This document shows positions 1-10,175 of a DNA stretch of 59,574 bases, piece after piece. The stretch is taken from contig JBIOIY010000011.1 of assembly GCA_044450345.1 (NCBI GenBank), forward strand, positions 1 through 59,574. Reading direction: 5' to 3'. A program made the position numbers and the translations under genes. The notes under the pieces are model-generated. The model was not told where the DNA came from, did not search any database, and saw only the letters and a list, made by a program, of their open reading frames with translations. The DNA is from Thermodesulfovibrionales bacterium (GTDB lineage Bacteria > Nitrospirota > Thermodesulfovibrionia > Thermodesulfovibrionales > UBA6898). Each line of letters starts with the position of its first letter. Positions within the stretch are counted from its first letter, which is position 1.

Positions 1-110
1 CACCCCGGCGTCCCGCAGACATTCCACTGCTCACTGATGCTGCCCGGCAGGACCGGCCCAAGGTTCAGAAGCTTTTGCTTTAACTGCTCAACGCTTTTCT
101 TTGTTCTCAT
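1..110 (-). CDS. Partial DUF6788-like small protein (IS-associated), 5' end only
   Basis: GAGGAGG RBS, then MRTKKSVEQLKQKLLNLGPVLPGSISEQWNVCGTPG; the PGS...NVCGxPG motif is recognisable. Not in the ORF track. Confidence 0.6.
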   Translation of the reverse strand, partial: MRTKKSVEQLKQKLLNLGPVLPGSISEQWNVCGTPG

Positions 111-127
111 GTGGTAATCCTCCTCAT

Positions 128-162
128 ACCGATAGCATAATACTGCTATCGGTTTTATACAA
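128..162 (-). promoter_or_regulatory. Sigma70 promoter overlapped by a 10-bp inverted repeat (operator)
   Basis: TTGTAT(162-157)-17 bp-TATGCT(139-134); palindrome ACCGATAGCA-N6-TGCTATCGGT at 128-153. Confidence 0.5.
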
Positions 163-163
163 G

Positions 164-193
164 AAAAAAAGCGGTCCGAAGACCGCTCTTTTT
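164..193 (-). terminator. Intrinsic terminator, possibly bidirectional
   Basis: GCGGTC-UUCG-GACCGC hairpin followed by U7 on the minus strand; T-rich tail on the plus strand too. Confidence 0.7.
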
Positions 194-270
194 CAATTCC
201 TTAAGTTAACACCTATGGGATTCTCCCCGCCCTCTATGCCATAAGCCGCACAGTTTGCAGCTTTAATAAA

Positions 271-978
271 TTAAGGATTCGAAATCGTCACCGGGACCGT
301 GACCGGAGTAATAACAGTGTCTGTGACGGTTAAATTGACAGTCGAACCACTCACCGCGGAACAGGGATTGGCTGTTACTGTAAATTGGCCGTTTGTCGTA
401 AGAGTGGTCGTTGAAAGTGTAACAAGAGAAGCGTTTTGAGTTATGGAAACGCTGTATTTACTCCGGGTGCCGCCTGTTACTGTAAATGGCTGGGATGTCC
501 CTGCACCACAACTCAAAGTGGCCGATGTAGGCGACACTGCAAGCGGCGCGGGTGTCGGCGTAGGAAGAATCTTAGTCGCACTCCATGTACCTGATCCGTC
601 CGAACCCGTGCTTGTGTATGTACCGGACATTGTCTTCCAATCAGGCCCTGCCGTACCGGACAGGGTTGTGGTAGTTCTATCTGCGTTGGCAAGAATAAGA
701 GTAATATTGTCCGCACCGCTTATAGTGCCTGTCAATAAGGCGCCGTCCGCCGTTGTTCCCACGATATTTTTGTCCGTTTGTGCAAGAGTCATAACCTTTG
801 GTCCGATTGAAGAGGTGCCGGAAGAGACAAGAAATAAAGTCCAGTTGCCGCTAACGTCTCCTTCGTTGGGAAAGCTGCGGAATGTGCCCCCACAGCCGAA
901 GAGAGATAAGGACAAAATTACAACAAAAAGACAGAGTAAAAATGCTTTGGGCCGATTCCTTGTGACACACTTTATCAT
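271..978 (-). CDS. Hypothetical lipoprotein, Ser/Thr-rich beta-strand domains
   Basis: GGAGG RBS; signal peptide ending LFGC lipobox; PTPTP linker; Ig-like C-terminal half. Confidence 0.7.
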   Translation of the reverse strand: MIKCVTRNRPKAFLLCLFVVILSLSLFGCGGTFRSFPNEGDVSGNWTLFLVSSGTSSIGPKVMTLAQTDKNIVGTTADGALLTGTISGADNITLILANADRTTTTLSGTAGPDWKTMSGTYTSTGSDGSGTWSATKILPTPTPAPLAVSPTSATLSCGAGTSQPFTVTGGTRSKYSVSITQNASLVTLSTTTLTTNGQFTVTANPCSAVSGSTVNLTVTDTVITPVTVPVTISNP

Positions 979-1105
979 GATTCCTCCATCCGAAGATTAC
1001 AGATCACCGGTACAAATATACCATATCCGGTGAGACGACTGAAAGCGATATTTCAATCAGCCTTTACAAATGGATTTAGCCCGACGCAAAAATGTATCAT
1101 AAAAA

Positions 1106-1321
1106 ATGGGACCGCGATTGTATCTCAGAGTAGGCGATACGGTGAGACATCTCCGGTATAACTTCTGGGGAAAGGGGCGGGTGGTCGAAGAAAAGCACTC
1201 ATCCCTTTCAGGCGGTTTCTGCATGGTCAGAGTCCTCTTCGCCGACGGCAAGGAAAGGTCTTTTATCAACGACCTCGATAGCGAGTGCTGCTGTTACTAT
1301 TCCGGCGTCAGACTTCTGTAG
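1106..1321 (+). CDS. Small SH3-like protein (DUF3553-like)
   Basis: GDTVRH...WGKGRV...VLF.DG pattern; Cys-rich C-terminus. Confidence 0.6.
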   Translation: MGPRLYLRVGDTVRHLRYNFWGKGRVVEEKHSSLSGGFCMVRVLFADGKERSFINDLDSECCCYYSGVRLL

Positions 1322-1354
1322 CATCCGGTTTTTGAAGTTGATGCGGTCCAGGCT

Positions 1355-2242
1355 TTAACCCGATTGAACAGCCTCAATGAGAAAGTCTCTCACTTCTTTG
1401 TCAAAAATAATCGAGGCATGGTTTAAAGGGAAATTCCGGTGTTCGTCCGCGTACGGAAGCACCGAGCTTGCGGCGGAAACAAGGCCGTCGCCTCGGCCGT
1501 CCCTCATCTCTTCGGGGAACATCTTCTCCGGTACCGCACCGGCCAGCAGTTGCGGCAGCGGCAGTGCGAGTGCCCTGAAAAAGTCCGGGTCCGTACCGCC
1601 GATGGAAATATACTTCGCCCCTTTCGCCTTTTCGTCTCTCAGTCTCCTGTAAAAGTCCGATCCGGGCAGCAGTTCCTTCAGCCCGCTGCTGCCGAGAAAC
1701 CTCAGTATCTTCCGGAATGCCGTATCAGCTTCTCTTTTGTCGAAGTTTTTCAGAAGACGGGTCACGGCTGTCGCCAGGGGCGACATAAACACGGCCCATT
1801 TCGCCAACGACGTACCTCCGTGCGGCGTAGAGAGTGTTAACACTGCCCGCGTCGTGTCAGCTCCGGACTCGAGATATTTTCTCGCCACAAGTCCGCCTCT
1901 GCTGTGGCAGATAAATAAGAGCCCCTCACGCGCATCTGACGAGTGTTCCAGAAGAATATGCCTGAGTTCCCTGACCGCAGCCGCTATCGGACCGGCCGGT
2001 CTCGTCTGAGACCATGTGAGAACGCCGAATCCAAGCCCCTCGAAGTCCTGGTAAGACGTCCGCATTTCAACGTCATCTCCAAGCAGGGCGCTTAAAGGAT
2101 ACCTGCCGCCGAGGACCCTCGCGCGGGCAGGGTCTGTCCAGAAGTCCGCATCCATGCCGATGCCGTGAATGAATACACAAAGAGGCTTATCCTTGTCTCC
2201 CTTTCGGAACCGTATGTCGAGTTTCACCCGTTCTTCCTTCAT
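1355..2242 (-). CDS. Alpha/beta hydrolase (lipase/PGAP1-like)
   Basis: FIHG oxyanion motif, HSRGG nucleophile elbow, TPHGG, DGLV, C-terminal His. Confidence 0.85.
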   Translation of the reverse strand: MKEERVKLDIRFRKGDKDKPLCVFIHGIGMDADFWTDPARARVLGGRYPLSALLGDDVEMRTSYQDFEGLGFGVLTWSQTRPAGPIAAAVRELRHILLEHSSDAREGLLFICHSRGGLVARKYLESGADTTRAVLTLSTPHGGTSLAKWAVFMSPLATAVTRLLKNFDKREADTAFRKILRFLGSSGLKELLPGSDFYRRLRDEKAKGAKYISIGGTDPDFFRALALPLPQLLAGAVPEKMFPEEMRDGRGDGLVSAASSVLPYADEHRNFPLNHASIIFDKEVRDFLIEAVQSG

Positions 2243-2396
2243 AGAAAGTCCATTGAAGAATTATAGCAGACGGGAAGCCGCTCAAATACCGTCCTCACGC
2301 ACCCTACAGCCGCGGTTGTTTCCCGGCACGTATACTGATACACTTTGTTCGTAAGGCGGAGGACAAGAAATAAGCTTCCTTGCAGGAGGGCAGGAC

Positions 2397-3782
2397 TTGA
2401 AAGAGTATGACGTAGTGGTGATCGGTTCGGGAGCAGCCCTTCATATTGTCGAAAATGCCATGTCCCACGGTTTTTCCACGGCACTGATCGACAGGGGACC
2501 TCTTGGCGGGACCTGCCTTAACGTGGGCTGCATACCGTCGAAGATGCTCATCTATCCCGGCGACAGGGTAATGGAGATCATGGATTCGGAGAAGCTCGGC
2601 GTGACCGCGGAGATAAAGGATATCGACTTCAATGCGATCATGAAGAGGATGACAAGGACAGTATCCATGGGTGAAGCCCATATAAGGGAGGGCATCCGGC
2701 TGGCCGAGGAACTTGATTTCTACGAGGGGCAGGGACATTTCATCGGCGAACACACAATCGAGATCAACGGCGAGCAGGTCAGGGGGAAGAGGATATTCAT
2801 CGCCTCCGGGGCCAGACCCGAGATACCCGCCATCCCGGGGACAGACACGATAGATTTCCTGACCAACGAGAGTCTGTTGAATCTAAAGACGAGACCGGAA
2901 AGCCTTATCATCCTCGGGGGCGGCTACATAGCCGCGGAATATGCACATTTTTTTTCGGCCATGGGCAGCGCAGTTACAATACTTCAAAGAAACAAGAGGA
3001 TCGTGCCTGACGAAGAGCCCGAGGTATCCGAGCTCCTCAAAAGAAAGTTTGCGGCCCGCATGAAGGTATTCACCAATACCGAGGCGGTCTCGATAAAGAA
3101 ATCAGGACTGGACTGCGAAGTCACATCCGGGGAGAGAGGGTCTGGAAAAGAGAGAAAATTCTCAGCCGAAAAAATCCTCCTTGCAACCGGAAGGACCTCG
3201 AATGCCGATCTCCTGAGGGTCGAAGATACCGGGGTCGAGACAGATAAAAGGAACTTCATAAAGGTAAACGAATATTTCGAGACGAGTACGAAAAATATAT
3301 GGGCCTTCGGCGACGCGCTCGGCAGGAAGATGTTCAGACATGTTGCAAACAAAGAGGCGGCCGTCGTCTTTCGCAATGTTTTTCACAATTCGAAGGAAAC
3401 GGTAGATTACCTCTCTGCGCCGCACGCGGTTTTTACCTGGCCCGAGATCGCCTCGGTCGGCCTCACCGAAGAAGAAGCGAGACAGCGGTATCATACCCAC
3501 GATCTTCTGGTCGGCAAGGCAAATTATTCAGACGTTGCACGCGGAGAAGCGATGATGGAGGAGGAGGGTTTCTGCAAAGCGATCGTAAAGAAAGACGGCG
3601 ACAAGATACTCGGGTTCCATATCATCGGCCAGCAGGCCTCAATCCTTATCCAGGAGGTGGTCATCACAATGGCAAATAACCTGAACATCCGGGCAATGAA
3701 TAAAGGCATGCATATCCATCCCTCCTTGTCCGAAGTGGTCATGGCGACCCTGGGCAACCTCGAAGAAGCCGGACCGGTATAA
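2397..3782 (+). CDS. Pyridine nucleotide-disulfide oxidoreductase (dihydrolipoamide dehydrogenase family)
   Basis: GSGAA FAD motif, GGTCLNVGCIPSK redox disulfide, GGGYI NAD motif, HPSLSE C-terminal pair; TTG start after GGAGG. Confidence 0.9.
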   Translation: MKEYDVVVIGSGAALHIVENAMSHGFSTALIDRGPLGGTCLNVGCIPSKMLIYPGDRVMEIMDSEKLGVTAEIKDIDFNAIMKRMTRTVSMGEAHIREGIRLAEELDFYEGQGHFIGEHTIEINGEQVRGKRIFIASGARPEIPAIPGTDTIDFLTNESLLNLKTRPESLIILGGGYIAAEYAHFFSAMGSAVTILQRNKRIVPDEEPEVSELLKRKFAARMKVFTNTEAVSIKKSGLDCEVTSGERGSGKERKFSAEKILLATGRTSNADLLRVEDTGVETDKRNFIKVNEYFETSTKNIWAFGDALGRKMFRHVANKEAAVVFRNVFHNSKETVDYLSAPHAVFTWPEIASVGLTEEEARQRYHTHDLLVGKANYSDVARGEAMMEEEGFCKAIVKKDGDKILGFHIIGQQASILIQEVVITMANNLNIRAMNKGMHIHPSLSEVVMATLGNLEEAGPV

Positions 3783-3816
3783 AGTCCAAATTATTTTTTC
3801 TTAATTATTGCTCTCC

Positions 3817-6143
3817 TCACCACCTCAAAAAAAGCCTTTTGACATTCCTCCATTCAGCGGCAGGGCCGCCGGCCTTTTCGAGCACAAAATCATTATAGGT
3901 CTTTATATCGAGGCCGCCTTCCCTCTCGGTTATTTTGACCGCCCCGTCCCTGTCGGTCCTGAAAACCTTTACCCCGGAAAGTCTTTCGAGGACATCCGAA
4001 CTCGGGTGACCGAAGGGATTGTCCCTGCCCACCGAAATGACCGCGACAGACGGAGAGATCTTCGAAAGAAACTCAGGGCCGGCGGATGTCCTGCTGCCGT
4101 GATGGGGGACCTTGATTACATCTGCACGAAGCCATTTCGCCAGATGGGAGATGTCCTGCTCCGCCTCCTCCCCTGTGTCCCCTGCGAAAAGGAACTTCTT
4201 ATTGCGTCCCTTTACGCTCAGCACCAAAGAAGAGTTGTTCTCCTCTTCGTATTCATTGCCGTCACGGGTATAAAATTCCCTGTATGGATGGAGAACGGTG
4301 ATTTCGCAGTCTCCGGCCTCGATAACGTCTCCCCTTTCGAGCGGCCTCCGCTTTGCTTTCATCCCGATTTCCTCCGGATAGACGATCCGGCCGTTGTCCC
4401 AGATTTCCCTTGTGTGGAACTTCTCCATAAGATAGCCGATCCCGCCCGAGTGGTCCGGATGAATATGGCTGATGACGAGGGCGTCTATCGTTCGTATACC
4501 TTCGTGGGTGAGAAAAGCCGCTGTCTCCTTCCCGGTCCTCCCCGTATCTATGACGATGGCCCTTTTGTCGGGAAGACGGACAACAGCGGAATCGCCCTGC
4601 CCCACGTCGAGGAAGGTAACGCTCAAATTCTCCTTTTCGAAGACGGCCAGTGCGGCATATAAAATCAACGGCGCAAATGGCAGGAGAAGCCATTTCTTCT
4701 TCTTGCCAAAAAAGAAATAGGGGATAAAACCGAGGTAGAACGCTACACAAAGGACCGGAGGGAATGCAGGAAACTTGACGTCCGCAAAGGGTATCTTCGC
4801 CAGGAGTCTTACCAGGGCGACAGACGCGTCGGCCGCCCACGACACCAACGGAGCAAATAGGTAGAAGCCGGTCAAAAGAAATATAAAAGAAGATATTACC
4901 GCCAGACCGACAAGTACGAAACCTATCAATGGCGAGGCTACGAGGTTTGCCAGCGGAGAAATCAGAGAGAAATAGTGGAAGTAAGAGGCCACGAGAGGCG
5001 CCGTGCCCAGCGAGGCGGCCAGGGTAAGCAAAACGGATTGCTTCACGTGGCGAAACAGCCTGTTTCTCTTTGCTTCCTCTTTGTCGTCGTCCCTTTCCAC
5101 TGCAAACCCTATAAAGAGCACTGCTATGAACGAGAGCTGGAAGGAGATGCCGTACAGGACATCCGGGCTCCATAACACGAGGAGAAAAGCTGCAAAGAGA
5201 AGAGAATTCAGCCAGGCCCCCTTTCGTCCCAGGAGGAGACCCAGGAGGAAAAGGGATATCATCACAAAGGACCTGATCGCCGGAGGACTGGAACCCGATA
5301 AGCCGAGGTAAAGAACCATTACCGGCATGGTAAGGAGAGCGGCGGCCTGAGACGGAGTTAAATAGATGGTCAATCTCTGGAGGATGCCATAAGGCAGCCT
5401 TTTAACCAGGAAGACAAACATACCGAACATCATGACGGAAAAGAGGCCGAAGTGAGTACCCGAGATGCTGAGGATATGCGCGAGCCCCGTCACGTTGAAC
5501 GCATCTTTCAGGTCGTCGCCCAGATACGACATCTCTCCGGTCGTCACCGAAGCGACGAGGGCCGCTGGGTCTTTCTTAAACCTGCCGAGCACATAATCAT
5601 TGATGCGCTTTCTTTGTTTGTTGAAGTAATTAGTAATTGAAAAGGGAGCACGGCCGGCAACCTTCAGCCCTTTACAGAGCCGTACAACTTCACCTGGCCC
5701 CATCCTCCCGGGTTACGGCGCGACCTCTCCCTACCTGTCTGTAACAGCACTTCGTACTCCTCGTCCGGGTCGGCCTCAAAGTCCGTAAAGATGTTTACGT
5801 CCTTGCCGTCGAGGTCTTCGGGTTCGAAGCCCGCTTCATCGCCAAAGGCAGTATCTATCGTAAAGGTCTTTACACTGCTGACGGGAGGAGGTGCACTACT
5901 CTTCGGGACAAACCATCCGGTCAGCTTCAGTTCCCTGTTCCAGACATCGAGGTTCTCCACGGGAGGCGACAAACGCGCAAAGGCATAAAAGACTCCGAGC
6001 GCCATTATCAGGAGCAGCAGGTACCTTTTCTTCCACACGATAAGGACCGCAGCCGCCGCAAAAAAAATGAACGAGGTGATCGGGAAAAAGCGGAACATGT
6101 AAAAAAGCACTGTACCGGCAATAAAAGAAATAAAAACCATCAT
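3817..6143 (-). pseudogene. comEC: ComEC/Rec2 DNA-uptake protein split by a -1 frameshift near 5670
   Basis: N-terminal membrane part at 5664-6143. Competence domain (GLAHILSISGTH) and metallo-beta-lactamase domain (DVGQGD, SHIHPDHSGG, VPHHGS) lie in the other frame, 3817-5703. Confidence 0.8.
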
Positions 6144-6207
6144 CGCGGAAACAGGACCTTAAAAAGGAATCCCCGACACCCACTCATAATACGATCCCCC
6201 CTTTATC

Positions 6208-6286
6208 GCGAATCGTGAATCGTGAAAAGTTAAAGGGTAAAGGTTAAAGACTAAAGGCTGCTGTCTTGCCTTTTTACCTTTCACAC
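6208..6286. repeat. Degenerate heptamer tandem repeats
   Basis: cgcgaat cgtgaat cgtgaaa agttaaa gggtaaa ggttaaa gactaaa; similar arrays at about 10120-10157 and 57600-57643. Confidence 0.6.
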
Positions 6287-7651
6287 TTAACGGGTCTTTC
6301 CCTCCCGCATCTTTTCTTTTATCACCTTCGAGATGTCTCTCCCCAATTTTGTGATAAGTTTATCGTCCTCTCCTTCGAGCATGACCCTTATCTTGGGCTC
6401 GGTCCCTGAGGCCCTGACGAGCACTCGCCCACTGCTGCCGAGCCTTTTCTCCGCCGCTTTCACGACGCTTTCGATCTCGGGTATTGAGCGTATGTCCTGC
6501 CTTTTCTCGACCTCGACGTTCATAAGGACCTGTGGAAAGAGTTTTATCCTAGAGGCAAGTTTAGAAAGGGACGCATTACTGCTTTTCATAAGGCTGAGGA
6601 CCTGGGATGCTGTGATGGGGCCGTCTCCGGTAGTATTGAAATCGAGGAATATTATGTGCCCGGACTGCTCTCCGCCGATATTAAAGCCGCCGTCCAGCAT
6701 CTTCTCGACCACGTACCTGTCGCCCACCTTTGTCCTCAGCAGCCTGACACCGTGTCTTTCGAGAAACCGTTCAAGGCCGAGGTTGCTCATTACCGTTGCC
6801 ACAACCGTCTTGCCTTTTAAACTTCCGGTCCTGATCATTTCGACCGAACACATACCCATGATCCTGTCGCCGTCGACGATCCTGCCCTTTTCATCGCAAA
6901 GCAGCGTCCTGTCGCCGTCGCCGTCATGCGCGATCCCTATATCCGCCTTGTGCAGGACCACCGCCCTCTGCAACCCCGTCATATTTACGGAACCGCACTG
7001 AAAATTTATATTGGTGCCGTCCGGCTTGTCGTTGAGCGAGACCACCTCGGCCCCCAGTTCCCGCAAAAGCCATGGCGTAGTCTTATAGGCTGCTCCGTTG
7101 GCACAGTCGACAACCACCTTCATCCCTTCGAGCGTCGTACCCTTCGGGAGAGTAGACTTTATATATTCGATATACCTGCCGGTTGCGTCATCGAGCCTGT
7201 AGGCCTTGCCGACTTCTTCCCCTTTCGGTCTGAACCTTTCCAGGGAATCGTCCATCACAAGCTCCTCGATCCTCTTTTCGACAGAATCAGGAAGCTTGAA
7301 CCCGTCATAAGAGAAGAACTTTATCCCGTTGTCCTGAAAGGGGTTATGTGACGCGGATATCACGATCCCGGCATCGATCCTCAGGGTCCTTGTGAGAAAC
7401 GCGATCCCTGGGGTAGGGAGAGGTCCTACGAGTGTCACATCCATACCCATGGAGCAGATCCCCGACGTCAGGGCGCTTTCGATCATATACCCCGAGAGCC
7501 TGGTGTCCTTCCCGATAAGCACCATGTTCCTGCCGTGAAGCTCCTTGCGGAGCACCGTTGCCGCCGCCATGCCGATCCTGAGGACGTTTTCAGGCTTCAT
7601 AGGATATTTATTGATCCGGCCCCTTATGCCGTCCGTACCGAAGAGACTCAT
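6287..7651 (-). CDS. glmM: Phosphoglucosamine mutase
   Basis: FGTDGIRG, ISASHNP phosphoserine loop, DGDGDR, GGEQSGH, SGTEP. Confidence 0.97.
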   Translation of the reverse strand: MSLFGTDGIRGRINKYPMKPENVLRIGMAAATVLRKELHGRNMVLIGKDTRLSGYMIESALTSGICSMGMDVTLVGPLPTPGIAFLTRTLRIDAGIVISASHNPFQDNGIKFFSYDGFKLPDSVEKRIEELVMDDSLERFRPKGEEVGKAYRLDDATGRYIEYIKSTLPKGTTLEGMKVVVDCANGAAYKTTPWLLRELGAEVVSLNDKPDGTNINFQCGSVNMTGLQRAVVLHKADIGIAHDGDGDRTLLCDEKGRIVDGDRIMGMCSVEMIRTGSLKGKTVVATVMSNLGLERFLERHGVRLLRTKVGDRYVVEKMLDGGFNIGGEQSGHIIFLDFNTTGDGPITASQVLSLMKSSNASLSKLASRIKLFPQVLMNVEVEKRQDIRSIPEIESVVKAAEKRLGSSGRVLVRASGTEPKIRVMLEGEDDKLITKLGRDISKVIKEKMREGKTR

Positions 7652-8292
7652 TTTTTCCCTCCTATGACAACAGTGACCCTGACCTTGTCCTTTTCAGGCT
7701 TGATATTTGCGCCGCCCGCTTCTACATTCAACTCTTGGGTCACCGTCTCCTCTATCCCTGAAATGTCCATAGTCTCCGTCCTTATTTCGCCGATCTTTCT
7801 CACCTCGGCCTTCAAACCCTGTATAACAATGCTCTTCGGCTCCACCTCAACGGCCTTGACATAAAACCCCTTTCCGGGTGTGCCGGTAATCACGGGGTTG
7901 ACCGTCACGGGTTTCGTCATCGTTTCATCGAGTTTGACCCTCAGGGTGGACGGCTCGATATTCAAGACCGTCATTGCGTAGGGAAGCTTAACATCGTCCT
8001 GGCTTATATGAAAGCTCCATTCGCCCTTTTTCGCCTTGGAAAGGTCGACAAAGACCCGGAGGTCGGTGGGCCTTATATTCTTCATGACCCTCTCCTGCCC
8101 CCTTATCGCGACATTGACCATCTTCGCGCTGGTGCTCGCAATGCCCAGCCCGACAGGGACGTCCTTGAATTCGACGGGGATCTCATGGGACATCTCGGAC
8201 TGTCCCCTCGACGTGACGAAAAGCCACAGCAAAACAGAAATAAGGACCGCAGAAATCTTGAGCCCTAAGTTTTCGAACAAAAGCCTTTTCAT
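7648..8292 (-). CDS. cdaR: CdaR/YbbR-family regulator of diadenylate cyclase
   Basis: Start reassigned to ATG 8292 (MKRLLFENLGLK...), overlapping the cdaA stop; one TM helix plus YbbR repeats. Confidence 0.85.
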   Translation of the reverse strand: MKRLLFENLGLKISAVLISVLLWLFVTSRGQSEMSHEIPVEFKDVPVGLGIASTSAKMVNVAIRGQERVMKNIRPTDLRVFVDLSKAKKGEWSFHISQDDVKLPYAMTVLNIEPSTLRVKLDETMTKPVTVNPVITGTPGKGFYVKAVEVEPKSIVIQGLKAEVRKIGEIRTETMDISGIEETVTQELNVEAGGANIKPEKDKVRVTVVIGGKK

Positions 8293-9056
8293 TTTTTCCC
8301 CTTCTGCACCGAGAACATGTCTGTAAGCAGGTCCCTCATCGCCCCCATGTCGAGCTTTGTTTCGAGCCTGCCGTTCATAGCCATCGAGATAAAGCCCGTC
8401 TCCTCGGAGACGATGATGGCGACCGCGTCCGTCTCTTCGGTAAGCCCGACACCCGCCCGGTGGCGCGTGCCGAGCGACTTGCTTAGTTCCGAGCTGAGCG
8501 TTATAGGCAGAAAACATCCCGCGGCGGCGATCCTGTTGCCCTTGATAATGACCGCGCCGTCATGGATGGGCGACGTAGGATGAAAAATGCTGGCCAGCAA
8601 TTCCCTCGAGACCTTGGCGTCGAGCGGGGTGCCTACCTCTATAAAGTCCTTGAGGCTCGTGTCCCGTTCTATAACCATAAGTGCGCCGATCTTCTTGTTG
8701 GCGAGCGACACGGAAGCCCTCACGATCTCCTCAAGAGACTTCAATTCTTCGGCCTTTGTAAAGGTGAAAAACTGGGCCTCCCCAATATGTGCAAGCGCCC
8801 TGCGTATCTCGGGCTGGAAAAGGACGATGATCGCGATAACGATCTGTGCCCAGAAGCTCTGGACCAGCCAATCGATCGTATACAATTCGAGGTACCGTGA
8901 AGCAACAGACGCCAGGAGCAGGATGCCGAGCCCCATAAGCATCTGCACGGCCTTCGTACCTTTTAAGATAAGAAGCAGCCGGTAGAGGACCACCGACATC
9001 AACGCGATATCGAGAAAGTCCAGTACCCATCTGTGATGTCTCAGCAGTTCTAACAT
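8289..9056 (-). CDS. cdaA: Diadenylate cyclase CdaA (DacA)
   Basis: Three N-terminal TM helices, FQPEIRRAL, HDGA and GTRHRA catalytic motifs. Confidence 0.95.
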   Translation of the reverse strand: MLELLRHHRWVLDFLDIALMSVVLYRLLLILKGTKAVQMLMGLGILLLASVASRYLELYTIDWLVQSFWAQIVIAIIVLFQPEIRRALAHIGEAQFFTFTKAEELKSLEEIVRASVSLANKKIGALMVIERDTSLKDFIEVGTPLDAKVSRELLASIFHPTSPIHDGAVIIKGNRIAAAGCFLPITLSSELSKSLGTRHRAGVGLTEETDAVAIIVSEETGFISMAMNGRLETKLDMGAMRDLLTDMFSVQKGKK

Positions 9057-9161
9057 TTATAAGCAGGCCCCTCGGTGATTTAAGTATTTATTATATATCA
9101 TGCGTTATTAATTTTCATGCGCGGGCGCTTTGCTGTTATAATTCAGTAGAGGTGCAGACTG

Positions 9162-9926
9162 ATGAATGCAGTTGAACTCTACAAGAAACTCCCGAAGAAA
9201 AACTGCGGCAAATGCAGTCTCAAGACATGCATGCCCTTTGCGCTGGCGGTGATTAAGGGTGATGCGGAGCTTACCGAATGTCCCCTCCTGACCGGAGACG
9301 CGATCACCGAGATAAAAGGTTCTCTCAAGCGGTCGGACTGGCGTGAAGAGTTGATTCTCAAGCTGAGGGAAGAAATAAAGGGCATCGATTTCAGAGAAGT
9401 CGCCGAAGGGATCGGCGGCGTAGTTAGAGACGGAGTACTCGTCCTCGACTGTTTCGGGAGGGAATTCACGATATCGCCCGACGGAGAGATAGTCACTCAG
9501 GGCCGCATGACGCCCTGGATAAAGATCCTTCTGCTGCACTATATCCGCACCGCAGGCAAAGGCGGCCTGACGGGCAAGTACGTCTCTTACAGCGAGCTAA
9601 GGAGCGGAATGGTAAAGGCGTCCTCGTTTCAGAGGGATTGCGAGGAACCGCTCACAGAATTGTTCAAGAAAGATTTCGAACAGACCGGCCGGATTCTGTC
9701 GAGGATGGGCACAAAGAAAAAAAAGGGCTTTCCGACAGAGCACGCATGGGAACTATACCTGCTCCCCAAGCTGCCCGTCACCGTCCTGTATTGGCCCCAG
9801 GAGGAAGAATTCCCGGAGAGGGTAAAGATACTCTTCGATTCTTCGGCGGACAGATATCTCGACGCGGAATCGCTCATATTCCTGGTCGAAGGGCTCGTAA
9901 AGAACATCGAGATGTCGCTTCACTGA
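9162..9926 (+). CDS. Fe-S cluster domain + DUF3786-like protein
   Basis: LPKKNCGKC...TCMPFA...CP N-terminal 4-Cys FeS motif; C-terminal LP..P...W..EEEFP...ILFD pattern. Confidence 0.8.
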   Translation: MNAVELYKKLPKKNCGKCSLKTCMPFALAVIKGDAELTECPLLTGDAITEIKGSLKRSDWREELILKLREEIKGIDFREVAEGIGGVVRDGVLVLDCFGREFTISPDGEIVTQGRMTPWIKILLLHYIRTAGKGGLTGKYVSYSELRSGMVKASSFQRDCEEPLTELFKKDFEQTGRILSRMGTKKKKGFPTEHAWELYLLPKLPVTVLYWPQEEEFPERVKILFDSSADRYLDAESLIFLVEGLVKNIEMSLH

Positions 9927-10005
9927 TTTCGGCTGTCGCGAGGCAGGAGATGGTAGAGGAAGTAAATAGTATCTGCGCATAAATGTAATCTTTTTTGCCG
10001 TCAGT

Positions 10006-10085
10006 CTGTCATTCCGGCTTGTCCGGAATCTTTCCGAGAGCTTCCGAGAAGGATTCCCAACGCGTTTCACTTGCGGGAATGACAG
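10006..10085. repeat. REP-like palindromic element (GTCATTCC...GGAATGAC family)
   Basis: Terminal IRs CTGTCATTCC/GGAATGACAG with internal hairpins; related copies at 28247, 39021 and 51145. Confidence 0.75.
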
Positions 10086-10175
10086 CTTTTGTGGAAAATG
10101 TCATTTTATGGACAGGCACTTTTCACTATTTACTACTTACTATTTACTATTAACTTTTTACTGGAGGTTACTACT

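Larger units (their letters stand above)
1..219 (-). mobile_element. Probable end of an insertion sequence, truncated by the window edge
   Basis: Minus strand 219-200 reads CCCATAGGTGTTAACTTAAG, resembling DDE-IS terminal inverted repeats. It is followed by a terminator hairpin, a promoter and a DUF6788-like ORF typical of IS accessory genes. IS family not determined. Confidence 0.5.
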
